In this document: positions 42,401-55,500 of the stretch, in pieces
How the letters are laid out: each line of letters opens with the position of its first letter
How positions within the stretch are numbered: position 1 is the first letter of the stretch
Source: Eledone cirrhosa
Taxonomy: Eukaryota
Reading direction: 5' to 3'
Assembly: GCA_964016885.1 (NCBI GenBank)
Contig: OZ024744.1
Coordinates: 10,974,001 to 11,038,000, forward strand
Length of the DNA: 64,000 nucleotides
Notes under the pieces: generated by a model
What the model saw: only the letters and a program-made list of their open reading frames with translations
The model's database searches: none
What the model was told of the DNA's origin: nothing
Program-made: the position numbers and the translations under genes

Positions 42401-45400
42401 CAATATGTTGTGTTGTTGTACTCCAATATGTTGTGTTGTTATACTCCAATATGTTGTGCTGTTGTACTCCAATATTTCGTGTTGTTGTACTCCAATACGT
42501 CGTGTTGTTGTACTCCAATATGTTTTGATGTTGTACTCAAATATGTTGTGTTGTTGTACTCCAATATGTTTTGATGTTGTACTCCAATATGTTGTGTTGT
42601 TGTACTCCAATATGTTGTGTAGTCGTACTCCAATATGTTGTGTTGTTGTACTCCAATATGCTGTGATGTTGTACTCCAATATGATGTGATGTTGTACTAC
42701 AATGCGTTGTGTTGTTGTACTCCAATGTGATGTGTTGTTGTACTCCAATATGTTGTGCCGTTGTACTCCAATATTTTTTATTTTTGTACTCCAATATGTT
42801 GTGTTGTTATACTCCAATATGTTGTGTTGTTATACTCCAATATGTTGTGCTGTTGTACTCCAAATCTCGTGTTGTTATACTCCAATGTGTTGTGTTGTTA
42901 TACTCCAATATGGTGTGTTGTTGTAGTCCAATATGTTGTATTGTTTTTCTTCCAATATGTCATGTTATACTCCAATATGTTGTGTTCGTGTACTCCAATA
43001 TGTTGTGTTATTGTACTCCAATATGTTGCGTTGTTGTACTCCAATATGTTGTGTTGTTATACTCCAATATGTTGTGTTGTTGTACTCCAATATGTTGTGT
43101 TGTTATACTCCAATATGTTGTGCTGTTGTACTCCAATATGTTGTGTTGTTATACTCCAATATGTAGTGTTGTTATACTCCAATATGTTGTGTTGTTGTAC
43201 TCCAATCTGTTGTGTTGTTATACTCCAATATATTGTGTTGTTATACTCCAATATGTTGTGTTGTTTTACTCCAATATGTTGTGTTGTTGTACTCCAATAT
43301 GTTGTATTGTTGTTCTCCAATATGTCATGTTATACTCCAATAAGTTGTGTTCTTGTACACCAATATGTTGTGTTGTTGTACTCCAATATGTTGTTTTGTT
43401 GTACTCCAATATATCATGTTGTCGTACTCCAATATGTCACGTTATACTCCAATATGTCGTTGTTATACTCCAATATGTCATGATGTTGTACTCCAATATG
43501 TCGTGTTCTTGTACTCCAATATGTCGTGTTGTTGTACTCCAATATGTTGTGTTGTTGTACTCCAATATGTTGTGTTGTTGTACTCCAATATGGTGTGTTG
43601 TTGTACTCCAATATGTTGTGTTGTTATACTCCAATATGTTGTGCTGTTGTACTCCAATATTTCGTGTTGTTGTACTCCAATACATCGTGTTGTACTCCAA
43701 TATGTTGTGTTGTTATACTCCAATATGTTATGTTGTTGTACTCCAATATGTCTTGTTGTTATACTCCAATATGTTTTGATGTTGTACTCCAATATGTTGT
43801 GTTGTTGCACTCCAATATGTTTTGATGTTGTACTCCAATATGTTGTGTTGTTGTACTCCAATATGTTGTGTAGTCGTACTCCAATATGTTGTATTGTTGT
43901 ACTCTAATATGTTTTGTTGTTATTCTCCAATATGTTGTGATGTTGTACTCCAATGTGTTGTGTTGTTGTACTCCAATGTGATGTGTTGTTGTACTCCAAA
44001 ATGTTGTGATGTTGTACTCCAATATTTTTTGTTTTTTGTACTCCAATATGTTGTGTTGTTATACTCCAATATGTTGTGTTGTTATACTCCAATATGTTGT
44101 GCTGTTGTACTCCAAATCTCGTGTTGTTATACTCCAATGTGTTGTGTTGTTATACTCCAATATGGTGTGTTGTTGTACTCCAATATGTTGTATTGTTTTC
44201 TCCAATATGTCATGTTATACTCCAATATGGTGTGTTCGTGTACGCCAATATGTTGTGTTATTGTACTCCAATATGTTGCGTTGTTGTACTCCAATATGTT
44301 GTGTTGTTATACTCCAATATGTCGTGTGGCTGTACTCCAATATGTCATGTTGTTGTACTCCAATATGTCTTGTTATAGTCCAATATGTCGTGTTGTTGTA
44401 CTCCAATATATCATGTAGTTGTACTCCAATATTTCGTGTTGTTGTACCCCAATATGTAGTGTTGTTTATACTCCAATATGTTTTGCTGTTGTACTCCAAT
44501 ATGTTGTGTTGCTGTACTCCTATATGTTGTGTTGTTATTCTCCAATATGTTGTGCTGTTGTACTCCAATGTGTTGTGTTGTTATACTCCAATATGTTCTG
44601 TTGTTGTACTCCAATATGTTGTGTTGTTGTACTCCAATATGTTGTGTTGTTGTACTCCAATGTGCTGTGTTGTTGTACTCCAATATGTTGTGTTGTTGTA
44701 CTCCAATATGTTGTGTTGTTATACTCCAATATGTTGTGTTGTTATACTCCAATATTTCGTGTGGTTGTACTCCAATATGTCATGGTGTTGTACTTCAATA
44801 TGTCGTGTTGTTGTACTCCAATATGTTGTCTTGCTGTACTCCAATCTGTTGTGTTGTTGTACTCCAATGTGTTGTGTTGTTGTACTCCAATATGTTGTGC
44901 CGTTGTACTCCAATATGTCATGTTATACTCCAATATGTTGTGTTCGTGTACTCCAATATGTTGTGTTATTGTACTCCAATATGTTGCGTTGTTGTACTCC
45001 AATATGTTGTGTTGTTATACTCCAATATGTTGTGTTGTTGTACTCCAATATGTCATGTTGTTGTACTCCAGTATGTCTTGTTATACTCCAATATGTCGTG
45101 TTGCTGTACTCCAATATGTCATGCTGTTGTACTCCAATATTTCGTGTCGTTGTACTCCAATATGTCGTGCTTTTGTACTCCAATATGTTTTGCTGTTGTA
45201 CTCCACTGTGTTGTGTTGTTGAACTCCAATATGTTGTGTTGTTGTTCTCCAATATTTTGTGCTGTTGTACTCCAATGTGTTGTGTTGTTATACTCCAATA
45301 TGTTGTGTTGTGATACTCCAATGTGTTGTGCTGTTGTAATACAATATGTTATGTTGTACTCCAATATGTTGTGTTGTTATACTCCAATATGTAGTGTTGT

Positions 45401-46519
45401 TATACTCCAATATGTTGTGTTGTTGTACCCCAATATGTCGTGTTGATTATACTACAATTTTGTTGCTGTTGTACTCCAATATGTTGTGTTGTTGTACTCT
45501 AATATGTTGTGTTGTTATTCTCCAATATGTTGTGCTGTTGTACTCCAATGTGTTATGTTGTTATACTCCAATATGTTGTGCTGTGATACTCCAATATGTT
45601 GTGTTGTTGTACTCCAATCTGGTGTGTTGTTATACTCCAATATATTGTGTTGTTATACTCCAATATGTTGCGTTGTTTTACTCCAATATGTTGTGTTGTT
45701 GTACTCCAATATGTTGTGTTGTTATACTCCAATATGTCGTGTGGCTGTACTCCAATATGTCATGTTGTTGTACTCCAATATGTCTTGTTATAGTCCAATA
45801 TGTCGTGTTGTTGTACTCCAATATATCATGTAGTTGTACTCCAATATTTCGTGTTGTTGTACCCCAATATGTAATGTTGTTTATACTCCAATATGTTTTG
45901 CTGTTGTACTCCAATATGTTGTGTTGCTGTACTCCTATATGTTGTGTTGTTATTCTCCAATATGTTGTGCTGTTGTACTCCAATGTGTTGTGTTGTTATA
46001 CTCCAATATGTTCTGTTGTTGTACTCCAATATGTTGTGTTGTTGTACTCCAATATGTTGTGTTGTTGTACTCCAATGTGCTGTGTTGTTGTACTCCAATA
46101 TGTTGTGTTGTTGTACTCCAATATGTTGTGTTGTTGTACTCCAATATGTTGTGTTGTTATACTCCAATATTTCGTGCGGTTGTACTCCAATCTGTTGTGT
46201 TGTTGTACTCCAATGTGTTGTGTTGTTGTACTCCAATATGTTGTGCCGTTGTACTCCAATATGTCATGTTATACTCCAATATGTTGTGTTCGTGTACTCC
46301 AATATGTTGTGTTATTGTACTCCAATATGTTGCGTTGTTGTACTCCAATATGTTGTGTTGTTATACTCCAATATGTTGTGTTGTTGTACTCCAATATGTC
46401 ATGTTGTTGTACTCCAGTATGTCTTGTTATACTCCAATATGTCGTGTTGCTGTACTCCAATATGTCATGCTGTTGTACTCCAATATTTCGTGTCGTTGTA
46501 CTCCAATATGTCGTGCTTT

Positions 46520-49500
46520 TGTACTCCAATATGTTTTGCTGTTGTACTCCACTGTGTTGTGTTGTTGAACTCCAATATGTTGTGTTGTTGTTCTCCAATA
46601 TTTGGTGCTGTTGTACTCCAATGTGTTGTGTTGTTATACTCCAATATGTTGTGTTGTGATACTCCAATGTGTTGTGTTGTTGTACTCCAATATGTTGTGT
46701 TGTTGTACTCCAATATGTTGTGTTGTTATACTCCAATGTGGTGTGCTGTTGTAATCCAATATGTTATGTTGTACTCCAATATGTTGTGTTGTTATACTCC
46801 AATATGTAGTGTTGTTATACTCCAACATGTTGTGTTGTTGTACCCCAATATGTCGTGTTGATTATACTACAATTTTTGTTGCTGTTGTACTCCAATATGT
46901 TGTGTTGTTGTACTCTAATATGTTGTGTTGTTATTCTCCAATATGTTGTGCTGTTGTACTCCAATGTGTTATGTTGTTATACTCCAATATGTTGTGCTGT
47001 GATACTCCAATATGTCATGTTGTTGTACTCCAGTATGTCTTGTTATACTCCAATATGTCGTGTTGCTGTACTCCAATATGTCATGCTGTTGTACTCCAAT
47101 ATGTTTTGCTGTTGTACTCCACTGTGTTGTGTTGTTGAACTCCAATATGTTGTGTTGTTGTTCTCCAATATTTTGTGCTGTTGTACTCCAATTTGTGTTG
47201 TTGTACTCCAATATGTTGTGTTGTTGTACTCCAATATGTTGTGTTGTTGTACTCCAATATGTTGTGTTGTTATACTCCAATATGTTGTGCTGTTGTACTC
47301 CAATATTTCGTGTTGTTGTACTCCAATACGTCGTGTTGTTGTACTCCAATATGTTTTGATGTTGTACTCAAATATGTTGTGTTGTTGTACTCCAATATGT
47401 TTTGATGTTGTACTCCAATATGTTGTGTTGTTGTACTCCAATATGTTGTGTAGTCGTACTCCAATATGTTGTGTTGTTGTACTCCAATATGCTGTGATGT
47501 TATACTCCAATATGATGTGATGTTGTACTACAATGCGTTGTGTTGTTGTACTCCAATGTGATGTGTTGTTGTACTCCAATATGTTGTGCCGTTGTACTCC
47601 AATATTTTTTTATATTTGTACTCCAATATGTTGTGTTGTTATACTCCAATATGTTGTGTTGTTATACTCCAATATGTTGTGCTGTTGTACTCCAAATCTC
47701 GTGTTGTTATACTCCAATGTGTTGTGTTGTTATACTCCAATATGGTGTGTTGTTGTAGTCCAATATGTTGTATTGTTTTTTTCCAATATGTCATGTTATA
47801 CTCCAATATGTTGTGTTCGTGTACTCCAATATGTTGTGTTATTGTACTCCAATATGTTGCGTTGTTGTACTCCAATATGTCTTGTTATACTCCAATATGT
47901 CGTGTGGCTGTACTCCAATATGTCATGTTGTTGTACTCCAATATGTCTTGTTATAGTCCAATATGTCGTGTTGTTGTACTCCAATATGTCATGTAGTTGT
48001 ATTCCAATATTTCGTGTTGTTGTACCCCAATATGTCGTGTTGTTTATACTCCAATATGTTTTGCTGTTGTACTCCAATATGTTGTGTTGCTGTATTCCAA
48101 TATGTTGTGTTGTTATTCTCCAATATGTTGTGCTGTTGTACTCCAATGTGTTATGTTGTTATACTCCAATATGTTGTGCTGTGCTACTCCAATATATTGT
48201 GTTGTTGTACTCCAATGTGTTGTGTTGTTATACTCCAATATGTTGTGTTGTTATACTCCAATATGTTGTGTTGTTATACTCCAATATGTTGTGTTGTTGT
48301 ACTCCAATATGTTGTGTTGTGATACTCCAATATGTTGTGCTTTTGTACTCCAATATGTTGAGTTGTTATACTCCAATATGTAGTGTTGTTATACTTCAAT
48401 ATGTTGTGTTGTTGTACTCCAATATGTTGTGTTGTTGTACTCCAATATGTTGTGCTGTTGTACTCCAATGTGTTATGTTGTTATACTCCAATATGTTGTG
48501 CTGTGCTACTCCAATATATTGTGTTGTTGTACTCCAATGTGTTGTGTTGTTATACTCCAATATGTTGTGTTGATTTACTCCAATATCTTGTGTTGTTGTA
48601 CTCCAATCTGTTGTGTTGTTATACTCCAATATGTTGTGTTGTTATACTCCAATATGTTGTGTTGTTTTACTCCAATATGTTGTGTTGTTGTACTCCAATA
48701 TGTTGTGTTGTTGTACTCCAATATGTTGTGTTGTTGTAATCCAATATCTTGTGTTGTTATACTCCAATATGTTGTGTTGTTGTACTCCAATATGTTGTGT
48801 TGTTATACTCCAATATGTTGTGTTGTGATACTCCAATATGTTGTGCTGTTGTACTCCAATGTGTTGTGTTGTTATACTCCAATATGTTGTGTTGTTTTAC
48901 TCCAATATGTTGTGTTGTTGTACTCCAATATGTTGTATTGTTGTTCTCCAATATGTCATGTTATACTCCAATAAGTTGTGTTCTTGTACTCCAATATGTT
49001 GTGTTGTTGTACTCCAATATATAATGTTGTCGTACTCCAATATGTCATGTTATACTCCAATATGTCGTTGTTATACTCCAATATGTCATGTTGTTGTACT
49101 CCAATATGTCGTATTGTTGTACTCCAATATGTTTTGATGTTGTACTCCAATATGTTGTGTTGTTGTACTCCAATATGTTGTGTAGTCGTACTCCAATATG
49201 TTGTATTGTTATACTCCAATATGTTGTGCTGTTGTACTCCAATATATTGTGTTGTTGTACTCCAATACGTCGTGTTGTTGTACTCCAATAGGTCGTGTTG
49301 TTGTACTCCAATATGTTGTGTTGTTGTACTCCAATATGTTGTGTTGTTGTACTCCAATATGTTGTGTTGTTATACTCCAATATGTTATGTTGTTGTACTC
49401 CAATATGTCATGTTGTTGTACTCCAATATGTTTGATGTTGTACTCCAATATGTTGTGTTGTTGTACTCCAATATGTTCTGGTGTTGTACTCCAATATGTT

Positions 49501-52500
49501 GTGTTGTTGTACTCCAATATGTTGTGTAGTCGTACTCCAATATGTTGTGTTGTTGTACTCCAATATGCTGTGATGTTGTACTCCAATATGATGTGCTGTT
49601 GTACTCCAATGCGTTGTGTTGTTGTACTCCAATATGCTGTGTTGTTATACTCCAATATGTTGTGTTGTTGTACTCCAATATGTTGTGTTGTTGTACTCCA
49701 ATATGTTGTGTTGTTGTAATCCAATATCTTGTGTTGTTATACTCCAATATGTTGTGATGTTGTACTCCAATATGTTGAGTTGTTATACTCCAATATGTAG
49801 TGTTGTTATACTCCAATATGTTGTGTTGTTGTACTCCAATCTGTTGCGTTATACTCCAATATGTTGTGTTGTTATACTCCAATATGTTGTGTTGTTATAC
49901 TCCAATATGTTGTGTTGTTTTACTCCAATATGTTGTATTGTTGATCTCCAATATGTCATATTATACTCCAATAAGTTGTGTTCTTGTACTCCAATATGTG
50001 TTGTTGTTGTACTCCAATATGTTGCGTTGTTGTACTCCAATATATCATGTTGTCGTACTCCAATATGTCATGTTATACTCCAATATGTTTTGATGCTGTA
50101 CTCCAATATGTTGTGTTGTTGTACTACAATATGCTGTGTTGTTGTACTCCAATATGTTGTGTTGTTATACTCCAATATGTTGTGTTGTTATACTCCAATT
50201 TGTTGTGTTGTTATACTCCAATATGTAGTGTTGTTATACTCCAATATGTTGTGTTGTTGTACTCCAATCTGTTGTGTTGTTATACTCCAATATATTGTGT
50301 TGTTATACTCCAATATGTTGTGTTGTTTTACTCCAATATGTTGTGTTGTACTCCAATATGTTGTATTGTTGTTCTCCAATATGTCATGTTATACTCCAAT
50401 AAGTGGTGTTCTTGTACTCCAATATGTTGTGTTGTTGTACTCCAATATGTTGTTTTGTTGTACTCCAATATATCATGTTGTCGTACTCCAATATGTCACG
50501 TTATACTCCAATATGTCGTTGTTATACTCCAATATGTCATGATGTTGTACTCCAATGTGTCGTGTTCTTGTACTCCAATATGTCGTGTTGTCGTACTCCA
50601 ATATGTTGTGTTGTTGTACTCCAATATGTTGTGCTGTTGTACTCCAATATGTTGTGTTGTTGTACTCCAATATGTTGTGTTGTTATACTCCAATATGTTA
50701 TGTTGTTGTACTCCAATATGTCTTGTTGTTGTACTCCAATATGTTTTGATGTTGTACTCCAATATGTTGTGTTGTTGCACTCCAATATGTTTTGATGTTG
50801 TACTCCAATATGTTGTGTTGTTGTACTCCAATATGTTGTGTAGTCGTACTCCAATATGTTGTGTTGTTGTACTCTAATATGTTTTGTTGTTATTCTCCAA
50901 TATGTTGTGATGTTGTACTCCAATGTGTTGTGTTGTTGTACTCCAATGTGATGTGTTGTTGTACTCCAAAATGTTGTGCTGTTGTACTCCAATATTTTTT
51001 TGTTTTTTGTACTCCAATATGTTGTGTTGTTATACTCCAATATGTTGTGTTGTTATACTCCAATATGTTGTGCTGTTGTACTCCAAATCTCGTGTTGTTA
51101 TACTCCAATGTGTTGTGTTGTTATACTCCAATATGGTGTGTTGTTGTACTCCAATATGTTGTATTGTTTTCTCCAATATGTCATGTTATACTCCAATATG
51201 GTGTGTTCGTGTACGCCAATATGTTGTGTTATTGTACTCCAATATGTTGCGTTGTTGTACTCCAATATGTTGTGTTGTTATACTCCAATATGTCGTGTGG
51301 CTGTACTCCAATATGTCATGTTGTTGTACTCCAATATGTCTTGTTATAGTCCAATATGTCGTGTTGTTGTACTCCAATATATCATGTAGTTGTACTCCAA
51401 TATTTCGTGTTGTTGTACCCCAATATGTAATGTTGTTTATACTCCAATATGTTTTGCTGTTGTACTCCAATATGTTGTGTTGCTGTACTCCTATATGTTG
51501 TGTTGTTATTCTCCAATATGTTGTGCTGTTGTACTCCAATGTGTTGTGTTGTTATACTCCAATATGTTCTGTTGTTGTACTCCAATATGTTGTGTTGTTG
51601 TACTCCAATATGTTATGTTGTTGTACTCCAATGTGCTGTGTTGTTGTACTCCAATATGTTGTGTTGTTGTACTCCAATATGTTGTGTTGTTGTACTCCAA
51701 TATGTTGTGTTGTTATACTCCAATATTTCGTGTGGTTGTACTCCAATCTGTTGTGTTGTTGTACTCCAATGTGTTGTGTTGTTGTACTCCAATATGTTGT
51801 GCCGTTGTACTCCAATATGTCATGTTATACTCCAATATGTTGTGTTCGTGTACTCCAATATGTTGTGTTATTGTACTCCAATATGTTGCGTTGTTGTACT
51901 CCAATGTGTTATGTTGTTATACTCCAATATGTTGTGTTGTTGTACTCCAATATGTCATGTTGTTGTACTCCAGTATGTCTTGTTATACTCCAATATGTCG
52001 TGTTGCTGTACTCCAATATGTCATGCTGTTGTACTCCAATATTTCGTGTCGTTGTACTCCAATATGTCGTGCTTTTGTACTCCAATATGTTTTGCTGTTG
52101 TACTCCACTGTGTTGTGTTGTTGAACTCCAATATGTTGTGTTGTTGTTCTCCAATATTTGGTGCTGTTGTACTCCAATGTGTTGTGTTGTTATACTCCAA
52201 TATGTTGTGTTGTGATACTCCAATGTGTTGTGTTGTTGTACTCCAATATGTTGTGTTGTTGTACTCCAATATGTTGTGTTGTTATACTCCAATGTGGTGT
52301 GCTGTTGTAATCCAATATGTTATGTTGTACTCCAATATGTTGTGTTGTTATACTCCAATATGTAGTGTTGTTATACTCCAACATGTTGTGTTGTTGTACC
52401 CCAATATGTCGTGTTGATTATACTACAATTTTTGTTGCTGTTGTACTCCAATATGTTGTGTTGTTGTACTCTAATATGTTGTGTTGTTATTCTCCAATAT

Positions 52501-55500
52501 GTTGTGCTGTTGTACTCCAATGTGTTATGTTGTTATACTCCAATATGTTGTGCTGTGATACTCCAATATGTCATGTTGTTGTACTCCAGTATGTCTTGTT
52601 ATACTCCAATATGTCGTGTTGCTGTACTCCAATATGTCATGCTGTTGTACTCCAATATGTTTTGCTGTTGTACTCCACTGTGTTGTGTTGTTGAACTCCA
52701 ATATGTTGTGTTGTTGTTCTCCAATATTTTGTGCTGTTGTACTCCAATTTGTGTTGTTGTACTCCAATATGTTGTGTTGTTGTACTCCAATATGTTGTGT
52801 TGTTGTACTCCAATATGTTGTGTTGTTATACTCCAATATGTTGTGCTGTTGTACTCCAATATTTCGTGTTGTTGTACTCCAATACGTCGTGTTGTTGTAC
52901 TCCAATATGTTTTGATGTTGTACTCAAATATGTTGTGTTGTTGTACTCCAATATGTTTTGATGTTGTACTCCAATATGTTGTGTTGTTGTACTCCAATAT
53001 GTTGTGTAGTCGTACTCCAATATGTTGTGTTGTTGTACTCCAATATGCTGTGATGTTGTACTCCAATATGATGTGATGTTGTACTACAATGCGTTGTGTT
53101 GTTGTACTCCAATGTGATGTGTTGTTGTACTCCAATATGTTGTGCCGTTGTACTCCAATATTTTTTATTTTTGTACTCCAATATGTTGTGTTGTTATACT
53201 CCAATATGTTGTGTTGTTATACTCCAATATGTTGTGCTGTTGTACTCCAAATCTCGTGTTGTTATACTCCAATGTGTTGTGTTGTTATACTCCAATATGG
53301 TGTGTTGTTGTAGTCCAATATGTTGTATTGTTTTTCTTCCAATATGTCATGTTATACTCCAATATGTTGTGTTCGTGTACTCCAATATGTTGTGTTATTG
53401 TACTCCAATATGTTGCGTTGTTGTACTCCAATATGTTGTGTTGTTATACTCCAATATGTTGTGTTGTTGTACTCCAATATGTTGTGTTGTTATACTCCAA
53501 TATGTTGTGCTGTTGTACTCCAATATGTTGTGTTGTTATACTCCAATATGTAGTGTTGTTATACTCCAATATGTTGTGTTGTTGTACTCCAATCTGTTGT
53601 GTTGTTATACTCCAATATGTTGTGTTGTTGTACTCCAATATGTTGTATTGTTGTTCTCCAATATGTCATGTTATACTCCAATAAGTTGTGTTCTTGTACA
53701 CCAATATGTTGTGTTGTTGTACTCCAATATGTTGTTTTGTTGTACTCCAATATATCATGTTGTCGTACTCCAATATGTCACGTTATACTCCAATATGTCG
53801 TTGTTATACTCCAATATGTCGTTGTTATACTCCAATATGTCACGATGTTGTACTCCAATATGTCGTGTTCTTGTACTCCAATATGTCGTGTTGTCGTACT
53901 CCAATATGTTGTGTTGTTGTACTCCAATATGTTGTGTTGTTGTACTCCAATATGTTGTGTTGTTGTACTCCAATATGTTGTGTTGTTATACTCCAATATG
54001 TTGTGCTGTTGTACTCCAATATTTCGTGTTGTTGTACTCCAATACATCGTGTTGTACTCCAATATGTTGTGTTGTTATACTCCAATATGTTATGTTGTTG
54101 TACTCCAATATGTCTTGTTGTTGTACTCCAATATGTTTTGATGTTGTACTCCAATATGTTGTATTGTTGTACTCTAATATGTTTTGTTGTTATTCTCCAA
54201 TATGTTGTGATGTTGTACTCCAATGTGTTGTGTTGTTGTACTCCAATGTGATGTGTTGTTGTACTCCAAAATGTTGTGATGTTGTACTCCAATATTTTTT
54301 TGTTTTTTGTACTCCAATATGTTGTGTTGTTATACTCCAATATGCTGTGTTGTTATACTCCAATATGTTGTGCTGTTGTACTCCAAATCTCGTGTTGTTA
54401 TACTCCAATGTGTTGTGTTGTTATACTCCAATATGGTGTGTTGTTGTACTCCAATATGTTGTATTGTTTTCTCCAATATGTCATGTTATACTCCAATATG
54501 GTGTGTTCGTGTACGCCAATATGTTGTGTTATTGTACTCCAATATGTTGCGTTGTTGTACTCCAATATGTTGTGTTGTTATACTCCAATATGTCGTGTGG
54601 CTGTACTCCAATATGTCATGTTGTTGTACTCCAATATGTCTTGTTATAGTCCAATATGTCGTGTTGTTGTACTCCAATATATCATGTAGTTGTACTCCAA
54701 TATTTCGTGTTGTTGTACCCCAATATGTAGTGTTGTTTATACTCCAATATGTTTTGCTGTTGTACTCCAATATGTTGTGTTGCTGTACTCCTATATGTTG
54801 TGTTGTTATTCTCCAATATGTTGTGCTGTTGTACTCCAATGTGTTGTGTTGTTATACTCCAATATGTTCTGTTGTTGTACTCCAATATGTTGTGTTGTTG
54901 TACTCCAATATGTTGTGTTGTTATACTCCAATATGTTGTGCCGTTGTACTCCAATATGTCATGTTATACTCCAATATGTTGTGTTCGTGTACTCCAATAT
55001 GTTGTGTTATTGTACTCCAATATGTTGCGTTGTTGTACTCCAATATGTTGTGTTGTTATACTCCAATATGTTGTGTTGTTGTACTCCAATATGTCATGTT
55101 GTTGTACTCCAGTATGTCTTGTTATACTCCAATATGTCGTGTTTCTGTACTCCAATATGTCATGCTGTTGTACTCCAATATTTCGTGTCGTTGTACTCCA
55201 ATATGTCGTGCTTTTGTACTCCAATATGTTTTGCTGTTGTACTCCACTGTGTTGTGTTGTTGAACTCCAATATGTTGTGTTGTTGTTCTCCAATATTTTG
55301 TGCTGTTGTACTCCAATGTGTTGTGTTGTTATACTCCAATATGTTGTGTTGTGATACTCCAATGTGTTGTGCTGTTGTAATACAATATGTTATGTTGTAC
55401 TCCAATATGTTGTGTTGTTATACTCCAATATGTAGTGTTGTTATACTCCAATATGTTGTGTTGTTGTACCCCAATATGTCGTGTTGATTATACTACAATT

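Larger units (their letters stand above)
9480..46520. repeat. 19,321-bp near-identical tandem duplication (unit A ~9480-28800, unit B ~28801-46520, ~1.9 copies)
   Basis: A constant offset of 19321 holds across dozens of ORF pairs: 9668/28989, 10844/30165, 12963/32284, 15233/34554, 16902/36223, 19862/39183, 21169/40490, 23388/42709, 24685/44006, 26836/46157. Private SNPs are shared, e.g. GTATTCC ~11125/30446 and CGTGCGGTT ~26852/46173. Confidence 0.92.
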
